This document shows positions 40,464 through 53,063 of a stretch of 64,000 nucleotides of DNA, piece after piece. Source of the stretch: Saccostrea cucullata (Eukaryota); NCBI RefSeq assembly GCF_032062105.1, contig NW_026938805.1, positions 310,001 to 374,000 on the forward strand, written 5' to 3'. The stretch's first letter is position 1; every line of letters begins with the position of its first letter. The notes below the pieces were generated by a model. That model was not told the DNA's origin, searched no databases, and was given only the letters and a program-made list of their open reading frames with translations. A program made the translations under genes and the position numbers.

Positions 40464-42621
40464 CACCAAGGGTAGGACTAGTATAAAATGGCTTTTTATT
40501 GTAAAGTTTAAATCCAAAAGTAGTCCCATGACCAATCATGGATTTGCTATTTTTTAGAAAATGATTGAGAAGAAGATTTTTAAAGAATTTTCCTATATAT
40601 TTCTATGTAAAACTTTGGTCGGCCATTTTGGCCCCGCCCTACCCCCGGGGGTCATGATTTGAACAAAATTGAATCTACACTATCTGAACATGCTTCCATA
40701 TAAATATGATGAATAATGGCTTTGTCATTCTTGAGAAGAAGATTTTTAAAGAATTTTCCTATATATTTCTATGTAAAACCTTGGTCGGCCATTTTGGCCC
40801 CGCCCTACCCCGGGGGTCATGATTTGAACAAACTTGAATCTACACTACCTGAGCATGCTTCCATATATATATGATGAATTATGGCTTTGTCATTCTTGAG
40901 AAGAAGATTTTTAAAGAATTTTCCTATATATTTCTATGTAAAACATTGGTCGGCCATTTTGGCCCCGCCCTACCCCCTGGGGTCATGATTTGAACAAACT
41001 TGAATCTACACTACCTGAGCATGCTTCCATATAAATATGATGAATTATGGCTTTGTCATTCTTGAGAAGAAGATTTTTAAAGAATTTTCCTATATATTTC
41101 TATGTAAAACCTTGGTCGGCCATTTTGGCCCCGCCTCACCCCCGGGGGTCATGATTTGAACAAACTTGAATCTACACTACCTGAACATGCTTCCATATAA
41201 ATATGATGAATTATGGCTTTGTCATTCTTGAGAAGAAGATTTTTAAAGAATTTTCCTATATATTTCTATGTAAAACATTGGTCATCCATTTTGGCCCCGC
41301 CCTACCCCCGGGGGTCATGATTTGAACAAACTTGAATCTACACTACCTGAGCATGCTTCCATATAAATATGATGAATTATGGCTTTGTCATTCTTGAGAA
41401 GAAGATTTTTAAAGAATTTTCCTATATATTTCTATGTAAAACTTTGGTCGGCCATTTTGGCCCCACCCTACCCCCAGGGGTCATGATTTAAACAAACTTG
41501 AATCTAAACTACCTGAGCATGTTTCCATATAAATATGATGAATTATGGCTTTGTCATTCTTGAGAAGAAGATTTTTAAAGAATTTTCCTATATATTTCTA
41601 TGTAAAACATTGGTCGGCCATTTTGGCCCCGCCCTACCCCCTGGGGTCATGATTTGAACAAACTTGAATCTACACTACCTGAGCATGCTTCCATATAAAT
41701 ATGATGAATTATGGCTTTGTCATTCTTGAGAAGAAGATTTTTAAAGAATTTTCCTATATATTTCTATGTAAAACCTTGGTCGGCCATTTTGGCCCCGCCT
41801 CACCCCCGGGGGTCATGATTTGAACAAACTTGAATCTACACTACCTGAGCCTGCTTCCATATAAATATGATGAATTATGGCTTTGTCATTCTTGAGAAGA
41901 AGATTTTTAAAGAATTTTCCTATATATTTCTATGTAAAACCTTGGTCGGCCATTTTGGCCCCGCCTCACCCCCGGGGGTCATGATTTGAACAAACTTGAA
42001 TCTACACTACCTGAGCATGCTTCCATATAAATATGATGAATTATGGCTTTGTCATTCTTGAGAAGAAGATTTTTAAAGAATTTTCCTATATATTTCTATG
42101 TAAAACTTTGGTCGGCCATCTTGGCCCCGCCCTACCCCCGGGGGTCATGATTTGAACAAACTTGAATCTACACTACCTGAGCATGTTTCCATATAAATAT
42201 GATGAATTATGGCTTTGTCATTCTTGAGAAGAAGATTTTTAAAGAATTTTCCTATATATTTCTAGGTAAAACTTTGGTCGGCCATTTTGGCCCCGCCCTA
42301 CCCCCGGGGGTCATGATTTGAACAAACTTGAATCTACACTACCTGAGCATGCTCCCATATAAATATGATGAATTATGGTTTTGTCATTCTTGAGAAGAAG
42401 ATTTTTAAAGAATTTTCCTATATATTTCTAGGTAAAACTTTGGTCGGCCATTTTGGCCCCGCCCTACCCCCGGGGGTCATGATTTAAACAAACTTGAATC
42501 TACACTACCTGAGGATGTTTCCCCATAAGTTTCATCTTTCCCGGCACAATGGTTCTTGAGAAGAAGATTTTTAAAATATACCACTAAATTTTCATTAATT
42601 CCCAATTATCTCCCCTTGAAT

Positions 42622-42672
<51 letters not shown>

Positions 42673-42681
42673 ACTTTGTGG

Positions 42682-42712
<31 letters not shown>

Positions 42713-42800
42713 TGAGAAGAAGTCGAAAATGTGAAAAGTTTACAGACAGACGGACAGACGGACGGACAGACAGACGGACGGACGGACGCCGGACAAAATG

Positions 42801-42846
<46 letters not shown>

Positions 42847-44304
42847 GTGCGGAAATTCCCGGAAAAAATAATGGAATCGGAATTTCCTGGTAATATGCAC
42901 ATCTACACATTGTGTCCTAAATACCTGCAAAGTTTGACGAAATTCTGTACAGTAGTTTATGAGGAGTTGCGCTGACAAAAAAACAGGACTGACTGACTGA
43001 CTGACACTCTGACGGACAGGTCAAAAACATTACACCTCACGCAACTAGTTGTGTGGGGTATAATAAAAATAGTTTACACTTAAGCATTTTTAATGAAACC
43101 TACTTTCTTTCTCAGTATAATAATTTCTTTCTCAATAGATTTTTTTAGAAAGAATTGTCTTATTCTGTACTTGAAAAAAAAAAGTAATATAATTGATAGT
43201 TGTAAAATGAATGGAATGAAGACATAAACTCAAAAAGTACATGTACAAGCCTTGAATAAAAATTCAACTTTTTAGTTTGCAAAAATTATCTGATGAAAAC
43301 ACAGGCACCCGAGGTTACTTATTTTTCTTTTAATAAAAAAATATACCCCCTACCTAATGTTTATTATTAGGTAGTCGGTATATTTTTTTATTAAAAGAAA
43401 AATAAGTAACGTCAGGTGGCTGTGGATGAAAAATAAGTGACAGGTGTCTGTGGATGAAAACTACCAGTACTGGTTTCTGTTATAAACTTCAATTTTAATA
43501 GTTACTCAGTAAATCAACTCTCTAATTAATTTTACCTTCAAAAAAGCATCGTAATATTTTCCAGTTTTTCCTACACCCAGCTGTTTTCCTGTGTATAAAC
43601 TGTAATATAATGGTACACGAGCCTTTTCTACTGGATGTAAAACAGATTCAAAGGTAGGAATTTCCTCAGATTCTACAAAAGCAAAAATAAGCCTTGAAGC
43701 ATTACTACAAGTAACATCAAATGAAAGAAATACAACAAAATTAGTATCCTGCTTAAAAGATTACTGCTATACAATATTTTATGAGTCACTGGCTGTGTTC
43801 TCTCAGATAAGAATTAATCTTTTCAATTTTAAAAGCTATATAAACATATGATAAACATATTTAAAGTTTATGAAACTCAACTTGACAACTATTATGATAT
43901 CTATGAGTTATGCAAACCCTTAAACAAAATAAATATTCTAGATTTGTGCATCTCTAGATGCATTATCCATGAAGTTTGGTCATATTTACTTTTGAATATG
44001 CTCTAAAACCTTTAAAACAGTCACTTTCAGGAAAAAGTACATGTATATTTATCAGATCAAACATCCAAAGCAAAGCTAGCAGAGTACATCCCTAGCATGC
44101 ATGATCCATGCTAATCATCACATTACATAGGAATGGAGCGCAAAGCGACGCTCGTCATTGTGAGCTCTTAAAGCAACGTTTGGGCGAAGAGAAAATTCAG
44201 ACTACTGCACATTCATTTGACAGAATTTTTTGATGCAGTAATTTGGACCCACAATGCATAGCTTCGTACACAAAGCTGAAGCAATATTCTCGCGAGAATA
44301 AGAA

Positions 44305-44343
<39 letters not shown>

Positions 44344-45588
44344 GCTTTGGCCATTCTGTTCTTTACCAGATTTCCCCCTTGTAAAACATATTGTGACCCC
44401 ACCCTACCCCACTAATCATAATTTAAACAATTTGAAATCTACACTACCCCAGTATGCTTCCACATAAGCTTCAGCTTAGGTTTTCAGATTTTTTTTTTCA
44501 GATATATTTCTATGTAAAACATTGATTCCACATTGTGGCCCCGCCCTACCCCCGGGGGTCATGATTTGAACAATTTAGAATCTACACTACCCAAGGATGC
44601 TTCCAAATAAGTTTCAGCTTCTCTGGCTCTCAGTGGTTCTTGAGAAGAAGATTTTCAAAGATTTTTCCTATATATTTCTATGTAAAACTTTGATTCCCAA
44701 TTGTGGCCCCGCCCTACCCCCGGGGGTCATGATTTGAACAATTTAGAATCTACACTACGCTAAGATGCTTCCACATCAGTTTCAGCTTTTCTGGCCCAGT
44801 GGTTCTTGAGAAGAAGATTTTTAAAGATTTTTCCTTTATATTTCTATGTAAAACTTTGATTTCCCATTGTGGCCCCGCCCAACCCGGGGGGTCATAATTT
44901 GAACAATTTAGAATCTACACTACCCCAGGATGCTTCCACATAAGTTTCAGCTTTTCTGGCCCAGTGGTTCTTGAGAAGAAGATTTTCAAAGATATTTCCT
45001 TTATATTTCTATGTAAAACTTTGATTTCCCACTGTGGTCCCGCCCAACCCCGGGGGGTCATGATTTGAACAATTTAGAATCTACACTATGCTAAGATGCT
45101 TCCACATAAGTTTCAGCTTTTCTGGCCCAGTGGTTCTTGAGAAGAAGATTTTCAAAGATTTTTCCTTTATATTTCTATGTAAAACTTTGATTCCCAATTG
45201 TGGCCCTGCCCTACCCCCAAGGGTCATACAATAACCAAGGAATCTTCCACATAAGTTTCAGCTTCACTGGCCCAGTGGTTCTTGAGAAGATTTTCAAAGA
45301 TTTTTCCTTTATATTTCTATGTAAAACTTTGATTCCCCATTGTGGCCCCGCCCTACCCCCGGGGGTCATGATTTGTACAATTTAGAATCTACACTACCCC
45401 AGGATGCTTCCACATAAATTTCAGCTTTACTGGCCCAGTGGTTCTTGAGAAAAAGATTTTTTAATGACCCAACCCTATTTTTGTCTTTTCTTGATTATCT
45501 CCCCTTGCGAGGGGATATGTCCCTTCATTTTAACAATTTAAATTCCCCTTCATCCAAGGATGCTTTGTACCAAGTTTGGTCAAAATTC

Positions 45589-45619
<31 letters not shown>

Positions 45620-45681
45620 GTTAAAAGTTTACAGACGGACAGACAGACAGCTAGACAGACGGACGGACGACGGACAAAATG

Positions 45682-45727
<46 letters not shown>

Positions 45728-46610
45728 GTAAAACAAATATATAATAAACTTGCCTTAATTTAATGAATAAGTTGCAGAAAAATAGTCAATAAAATGGTTC
45801 TTCATTTAAAATCAGCTCTGTTCAAGCTTCGGTTTGATAATGCAACATGCATACGATGTCATATATGACATCAGAGTCTTAGACGCACCAAATGTCATGT
45901 GTGGTTTGATGAGCCCGATCTAAATGAAAACTGGATCTGCGCTCGCCCTAATGGTCGCACCGTCAACATATTAGTTATGTTCTGCCAAGAGCAACTTTTT
46001 AGTACCTTGTAGATCTTTTAAATGGCTTTGAAATGTCATATCAAAATCCTGGGAAAGCTTTGCTGCCCCTGTGATAATTTTGTCTGGTGGTATACTAAAA
46101 TCTGGCATTTCATGGTATCTTAATAATGGATTTGTCTCAGGCGTATCATCAGGAATATCAGGTAATCTGATAAGTGAAGAATAAAATAACAGTTTAAAAG
46201 TTAGTTTTAAAGCAGAGGAAATTTTAAAATTAATAGCATACCAATCTTGTCAACAACTGCAGCCACAAAATGTTACTTGGTTGAACCAGGCTATCTTCAA
46301 ATAACACTTAGACAGTGTCAATTCAAGAAAATTTACTTACAAAAGGCTGTATATACGTTACAACAGTTTAGTTGTGGAAGCAGTAAAAGAATATATGATG
46401 CGAGGAAATTCGAACTAATGACCTATATGCATTATGAAACAGTGTATCACTCTTTTTCTCCAAAGAATACTATTTGTGTTAACCGTTAACTTACAACAGA
46501 TGGAATCCTGACATTGTGTAGTTTATGTTGATCAATCGACGTTGGATGTGTGCTATACATGGTATAAACAATCTTTTTCCGTGCCGACTGATCATCATGG
46601 AAGCAGACAT
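29637..46610 (-). CDS. Oligopeptidase A-like (peptidase M3A fold) protein lacking HEXXH; two central exons unreadable in this sequence
   Basis: Exons include MSASMMISRHGKRLF.. (from 46610), LPDIPDDTPETNPLLRYHEMPDFS, PTFESVLHPVEK, LLDLYIHEFIRNGAEL, KGPWRI, LLATKLGFKSYVDM..TMAGS, IYIDPFARNHK, PLVYASL..PSLLNIGDL, LSSHHATGEKIPTELLDRM, ALDLEFY, YYADTWAKMVAADAVSAF and GRRFRDTYLRMGAAVDPKTVFRTFMGRDPTPEPFL. These are colinear with OpdA/M3A enzymes. Confidence 0.88.
31794..31985. mobile_element. CTGTA-type MITE
   Basis: ctgtaaaatcacatattttcg ... catgaaaattagtgatttcacagta with internal ttcgtgg repeats. Confidence 0.7.
32033..34901 (-). mobile_element. Nested cluster of three HINE-like elements (A1 containing B and A2)
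   Basis: Hairpin tatgttccccaaacgaagttggggaacata at 32035 and 32851. B = 32088-32847 (aggtcttccgt..acggaagacct hairpin). A2 = 32848-33981 ending gttacaattagcactagt. The A1 remainder 33982-34901 resumes at the (tta)n(ttc)n tract and ends gttacaattagcactagt. Confidence 0.8.
39230..43068 (+). mobile_element. HINE-like host element with a 171-180-bp satellite array, split by a nested Cg170-type element
   Basis: Units gaatcggaatttcctggtaatatgcacatctacac...gaggagttgcgctgacaaa at about 39301, 39480, 39660, 39839, 40010 and 40281, resuming at 42844; (gact)n microsatellite; subterminal ataccccacgc / gtgtggggtat and a 3' hairpin. Confidence 0.85.
40430..42843 (+). mobile_element. Helentron-associated element (HINE) with 12 x 166-bp Cg170/HindIII-like satellite units
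   Basis: ttgagaagaagattt recurs about every 166 bp from 40565 to 42556; 5' acaagaggcccatgggccacatcgctcacctgag; (gaca/gacg)n; 3' agctcacttgagccttcggctcaggtgagct. Confidence 0.92.
43300..43424. mobile_element. Foldback micro-MITE, CACAG termini, 8-bp TSD gatgaaaa
   Basis: cacaggcacc.gaggttacttatttttcttttaataaaaaaatatacc...ggtatatttttttattaaaagaaaaataagtaacgtcaggtggctgtg flanked by gatgaaaa. Confidence 0.85.
44308..45727 (+). mobile_element. HINE with about 6-7 Cg170-like units (gtttcagcttttctggcccagtgg variant)
   Basis: Same 5' and 3' termini as 40430-42843 but a different monomer variant. Confidence 0.92.
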
Positions 46611-46997
46611 CTTTGAAATCTTCAGTATAACGAGCCCGATTTAATTTAAAAATAATTCAATGTGAGTCTTTCCTTTTTATTGCTATGTTTCATGGCGATT
46701 TGTTACTGATCAAAAAGCATTTTGTGTGCTCTTTTGTTATATTTCTGCAATAATTGCAAATTACTATAAATAGCACTACAATTAATCTACCATTTCACTT
46801 GAAAAACATAATTCTCTACCGTGAAAAAAAAGTTCCCTTGTCAAATTTTAAACATTTTCTTTTCATAATTTAATGTAGTTTAACTGCATTATTTCTATCT
46901 GATTTATATACTGACAGGAGGAATCCTGATAAAATATTCGTTTACTTTTAATTCCTCTACTTCAATTCATTAAACAAGAGGTATAATTGGACTGCAC

Positions 46998-46998
<1 letters not shown>

Positions 46999-47032
<34 letters not shown>

Positions 47033-47842
47033 CACTAAGGGTAGGAAAAAGTAGAAAATGGCTTTTTATTGTAACGTTTAAATCCAAAAGTAGTCCCATG
47101 ACCAATCATGGATTTGCTATTTTTTAGAAAATGATTTTTAAAGAATTTTCCTATATATTTCTATGTAAAACTTTGGTCGGCCATTTTGGCCCCGCCCTAC
47201 CCCCTCATTTGAACAAACTTGAATCTACACTACCTGAGCATGCTTCCATATAAATATGATGAATTATGGCTTTGTCATTCTTGAGAAGAAGATTTTTAAA
47301 GAATTTTCCTATATATTTCTATGTAAAACTTTGGTTGGCCATTTTGGCCCCACCCTACCCCTGGGGGTCATGATTTGAACAAACTTGAATCTACACTACC
47401 TGAGCATGCTTCCATATAAATATGATGAATTATGGCTTTGTCATTCTTGAGAAGAAGATTTTAAAGAATTTTCCAATATATATCTATGTCAAACTTTGGT
47501 CGGCCATTTTGGCCCCGCTCTACCCCGAGGTTATGATTTGAACAAACTTGAATCTACACTATCTGAGCTTGCTTCCACATAAATATGATGAATTATGGCT
47601 TTGTCATTCTTGAGAAGAAGATTTTTAAAAAATTTTCCTATATATTTCTATGTAAAACTTTGGTCGGCCATTTTGTCCCCGCCCTACCCCCGGGGGTCAT
47701 GATTTGAACAAACTTGAATCTACACTACCTGAGGATGTTTCCCCATAAGTTTCATCTTTCCTGGCACAGTGGTTCTTGAGAAGAAGATTTTTAAAATATG
47801 TCACCAAATTTTCATTAATTCCCAATTATCTCCCCTTGAATG

Positions 47843-47892
<50 letters not shown>

Positions 47893-47944
47893 ACTTTGTG
47901 GCAAGTTTGGTTGAAATTGGCCCAGGGGTTCTTGAGAAGAAGTC

Positions 47945-47975
<31 letters not shown>

Positions 47976-48022
47976 AGCTAGACAGCTAGACAGACAGACA
48001 GACGGACGCCGGACAAAATGTT

Positions 48023-48067
<45 letters not shown>
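46999..48067 (+). mobile_element. HINE with about 4 Cg170-like units, same subfamily as 40430-42843
   Basis: Shares the leader gggtagga..aaatggctttttattgtaa..aatccaaaagtagtcccatgaccaatcatgg and the monomer variant ataaatatgatgaattatggctttgtcattc. Confidence 0.92.
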
Positions 48068-48592
48068 CTTATTATCAATTTGTTGCACAGGTTTATTCTC
48101 AAAAATACTTTTACAGACTATTTAATTCAAGTTTGCCTTTTCATAATACATTAGAACTATACATAAATTATCCTTTACTTTTCCATGAAAAAAAAGTTCA
48201 ATCGATATATTCACAGCAAGAATTTCCTCTTTATCCTAGAGTTAAAATCAGTGACCACTTTCAAAACTAGCAATTTCTGGGATTTTCAGCATATAAAAAT
48301 TAGATTTGTTTCTTGATTTTTTTGTGTTTGCTGAATTCAACAACTTAGAAACTAACAAAATTAAAAATTTATACATCATCTTACTAATGATTTCAACAGA
48401 AAACATAAATCAAAATTGTCCTAAACCAAATTGATGGTTGGACCAAATTCAGAATTAAAGGGATCAAGGTTAAAATCAATGCAAACTCTAGTATTTGTTC
48501 AAATGTCCTTTCATCTAAAGTTTTTTTAAAAATCTGAAAATTCTAGTTTCCCAATTCAGCAACCACAGCCAAACTCAGCAACATTTCTAATT

Positions 48593-48693
48593 CAATATAA
48601 TCAAAATGAGATGTTCCGAATCTGCTACCATTTCTTAAATGAAAGTTATGAGAAGCGGTAGCGGATTCGGAACATCTAATTTTCATTAGATTG
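48593..48693. mobile_element. Foldback micro-element downstream of the DDX47 stop
   Basis: caatataatcaaaat.agatgttccgaatctgctacc ... ggtagcggattcggaacatctaattttcattagattg inverted repeat. Confidence 0.7.
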
Positions 48694-48809
48694 TTCTGAA
48701 TTCAGACTTTTTATATCTACTTTGTCCTTTAATATTCATTAAATTTATTCAGACAAAAGACAATTAAACTATAACAATGGTTTTAATTAACATATATACA
48801 TAAGAACAA

Positions 48810-51800
48810 TCAGGATTTGTGTTTTTTCTTTTTGAATTTTTTCCGCACTCCCAGGGCTTCCTCTGTGTCGTCAGCTTCTTCGTCGTCATTCTTACGCTTC
48901 TTTCTTCCTCGTTCTGTCTCATTCATTTCCTGAAAAATAACAGTATTCTTTAATGTTCATAGACATAAAAATTTAATTTTTATTTAAAGAAATTTGTAAT
49001 GTTACTTTTATTATCAAATAATTATTCTGATGCACATTTAAAGCTTAAATACTCATGACAATCAATAATACATGTGCACACTTCCAATGTCCATAATGCT
49101 CTATTTGAGCTTTTACAAGCACTGTATAAAACCTTCATCAATGTATGACCCCATTTTGCCACCCACCATTTTGGCGAATCTCTGTGCCTCCGTCACTCGC
49201 TCCATCAGTTGCATCACTTCCTCTTCCTCTGTTTTATACAGCGGCAGCTTCTTACCGATCAGGTGCTCTATTCTCTGATACAGCTCTACATCATACCTAC
49301 AGATCAGTTATAATTCATCAGTACCGGAATACACCCATCATGATATATTAGAATTTACCAGGTGCATGCAAACATGTACCAGAAATGGCAAATCAACAAT
49401 AAAATGTTCATTTTTCATCGTATATATGTACAGTATGTGAAATTGACAGTACCAAAGGGTCCTTTTAAGTGCGGCATCTTCTAATAACAATGCTTTTTAT
49501 GCGACACATTTTTTTTAAAATTAAGTATACTCAGTATATGGATGCTATGACAGATGGCAAAAATTTGATGTCATAGAATTATGACAGGTATATATGCTAT
49601 AAACTTACTGTGAAACAAAGGTGATGGCTACCCCTGAACGCCCAGCTCTAGCTGTCCTGCCCACTCGGTGAATGTAATCTTTAGAATGTGTTGGGATGTC
49701 AAGGTTCAAAACAACATCCACATGTGGTATGTCAAGACCTCTGAAATAAATAAAAAATATAATTCAATAAATGACATCTACCCAGTAATTTTTTCAATAC
49801 ATTTTGTAATGTTCCTTTTAATCAGAAAATTCATGCATTTCATCTGATTTATTTCTTCAATTCATAGTGAAACTAACCTGCTTGCTACATCTGTGGCAAT
49901 AAGAATGGATCTGTTTTTACTCTTGAATTTATTCAAAGCTCCAAGTCTTTTTGACTGACAAAAATTATAACAAATATGTGAAGCATGGTCATGGGTTTGT
50001 ACAAAAAGAAACGTTTTACAGAAATAGCTACCAATATACATGTACAGTTAGTAAATAAGTAAATGATTTATTATGGTGATGTGATTTACAAATGCAATGA
50101 GAATCATTTATCATAGTAAGGAAAATGTAAAAAAACAAAATTACCTGGCTCATTTGTCCATGTAGTGGAATTGCAGTAAGTCCCAGGTTCCGTAACATTA
50201 GTGCCACTCTCTGTGTGTTAGCACAGGTACTACAGAACACCATGAAGGAGTTACCAGCCAACTCATTCAAAATATACACCAAGTAGACATCCTTAAATAA
50301 TAGAATATTTACATGTATTTACTGTATTTTCATATTAATGTGCATAAGTATTAGAATAAATCTGAGTCATCTTTTTAATTAGGAATCTTCTACTTGTATT
50401 TAAGCAGATTTGTTATTTCTTGCTTAGAGGTTTTTGAAAAGAGATGATCAGTAAATGTCTCCTGTCTATTTTGTTTGATTATCTCTCCTTGGAAAGAGGA
50501 ATTTCTCTTAATTTCAACAAATTTTAATTCTCGTCAACCAGGGGGTGCTTTGTACATGAAGATGTTTGGCATATCGGTTCAAGAGGAAAAATTGAAAATG
50601 AGTAAAATCTATAGATGACACATGACCAACAATGACAAAGAAAAACAGAAAGCAGGTAAATCACATGAGGTGACTTTAGATTATCTACCTTGAATTTCAC
50701 AGGTATAAATAGGTAGTACTGTTGCAGTTTGTCCACTGTTTGGTATTTTGATGATACTTCAACTCTCACTGGGTTCTGCAGAGATGCCCTTTGTAATTTT
50801 GCAACCTTGTTCACAGAAAAAAAAACGTTATAAATGTCATTTTTACATATTAACTTTCAATGAATATATATGTTCACAAAGACAATTCTTAAATGTTACA
50901 TACAAAGAATTTTTTTTTTTACATTTTAAATCATCTTTGTATTTGAGCTTAAAGAAGACATCAAAGGACAAATAATGAACAGAAAGTTAACCCAAACATT
51001 AGTCAGGATTTCATAAAAATACCCTACCTTTTTTGTCATTGTGGCAGAAAATAGCAGAGTTCTTCTCTCTCTTGGTATAACTTTCAGGATTTTATCAACC
51101 TGTAAATATAAGTTACATATAAGAAATAATTCATATTGAAATGAAAACACAATAAAAGAAACACAGTTTGAAAAGAACCATATGCTTTACTTCAGATTCT
51201 TATGGGATGCATTTTTTCAGTAATAATTTACCTCTTGTTCAAAATCCATATTGAGAATTCTATCAGCTTCGTCCATGACCTATTGAAAATATACTGCACA
51301 TTAAAAAGGAGTTAAAAGGTACTGATAAGTATACTTGTATTAATTATGTTAATTTATGTCATGTTATTAATGTTCATGACTGTATGCCGACATGGTAATT
51401 GTCAATAAAGTGAATTGAATTGAATTGATAAGATGAATTACATAAACGGAACATTTTACTAGGGAAAATATTTGTCCATACAATTTAATTGCTACGTATA
51501 CCAGTACACAAAATCTTCATATTAAGGAAAATCTAATCATTTTTCTTACCAAATATTTGAGAGACCTTAAGTTGAATCCCTTTGTATTTTCTAGGTGGTC
51601 AACTAATCTTCCTGGGGTTGCTGTTGGGGAAAGTATACATGAAATCAATTTTTTTTTCATCAAAATCCAGCAATATATACATAAAATTCGATCATGAAAT
51701 ACTAGTGCTTATGAAATTATTTAGACAGTCGTGTATCATTATTAATGTTTCTATTAGATTACGTCCATCCAGATTTGATTCATTTATACCAGGTAAATGA

Positions 51801-53063
51801 ATTCTAACAACCTCAACATAATTTGCCTCAGAAAATCTAAAAGCAGTATTTAAATTGCAGTATTTTATTATCTTTCATGCAAAAAATGAACAACTTTTAC
51901 AATTATCCAAACATTCTTTTCTATAATCGAGTTCTCACCTATGACAACATGAGGTTTTTTAGCCAGCATTAAAGCTTGTGTCATCATATCAATTCCCCCA
52001 ACAATCACAGCTGAAGAGAAAAACACAGTCAATGTCAATACATACTGTACATGTAAGTTACCTATATCTAAATCTTCAGTGTAAAGTGATCAATTCCTAG
52101 ATACATGTATTTGATGCCTTTGCCATCGAAAGCACCCAAACAATACACGCAAGTAAAAAAGGTATATGGCCTTTTTTTAACCCTAGAATCTTGAATATAA
52201 TTTATTTCCAATTTTGGGCCCATGAAGGGCATTAGTTATTTTTAGCAAATTTCTACTGACCACATTTGATTCCAATTGATGCCCCAAGAGCCTCGAACTG
52301 TTCAGAAATTTGGAAAGCCAGCTCTCTTGTAGGAGTAAGGACAAGAGCATAGAGTCTCTGGGGGTTATCAAGAAGGGTCTGTAAAATTGGTAAGGCAAAT
52401 GCTCCTGTTTTTCCTGAACCAGTCTCTGCTAATCCAATGACATCTGAACCTGTTATAAAATAAATGTATATACGTATATTCATTATGTAAAAGAAATCTT
52501 GGCAACAACATTTTACGACATGTTTTTTTTCAATTTTTAGTTGTCAAGGTAACTAGACATTGAAAATTTAATGACTATGTAGTTACCTGACTATAAAAAA
52601 AATTGCATTCATTAAAAAATTGGGACTTTAAATACATTAATTGTGAGTTATAAATAAAATGATAAATAAATATATGAATTACACATTTACTTCTACACAA
52701 ATATTTAAGACAGGTATACAAAAAATGTTGAATATTTAACCTCTTACTAATTTAACAGTTTTTGTCATATCATTGCACAGATTGCAGTCTTGATTAAAGT
52801 GTTCAATCCCTTGATAGTAAAAAAACCCCAAGAAATGAAAACTTTTACTGTTTGGACAAGTGATTTAAATTTTCCAAGCCTCAAATTTGCTTAATATATT
52901 TCACTCATATTGACACATTGTAATCTGCAACTTTTGACCCTACTTTTAGTTTTAATATAATTACTGTACCTTGCAAAGCAACTGGAAGAGCTTCTCTCTG
53001 GATCTTTGTTGGAGCTTTCCATTTTAATTGTTCACAGGCCTCACAGAGAACATCAACAATGCC
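48810..53063 (-). CDS. DDX47: DEAD-box RNA helicase DDX47/Rrp3 (first coding exon not recognisable)
   Basis: [27 protein letters not shown] (Q motif), [92 protein letters not shown], and a basic C-terminus ending KKKKHKS* at 48810. Confidence 0.96.

Noticed and set aside
40565-42560. Regular repeat arrays (also 22150-22850, 39300-40400, 44500-45450) as CRISPR-like arrays
   Set aside because: Units are full tandem monomers with no unique spacers, lie inside transposon termini, and the DNA is eukaryotic.
42556-42843. Near-identical 95-aa ORFs at 42556-42843 and 47776-48063
   Set aside because: They are chance reading frames through the conserved 3' end and GACA/GACG microsatellite of HINE elements, with non-ATG starts.
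46646-46693. Upstream ATG (MKHSNKKERLTLNYF*) before the oligopeptidase-like start
   Set aside because: It terminates after 15 codons, and I cannot tell whether it lies within the transcript, so no uORF is claimed.
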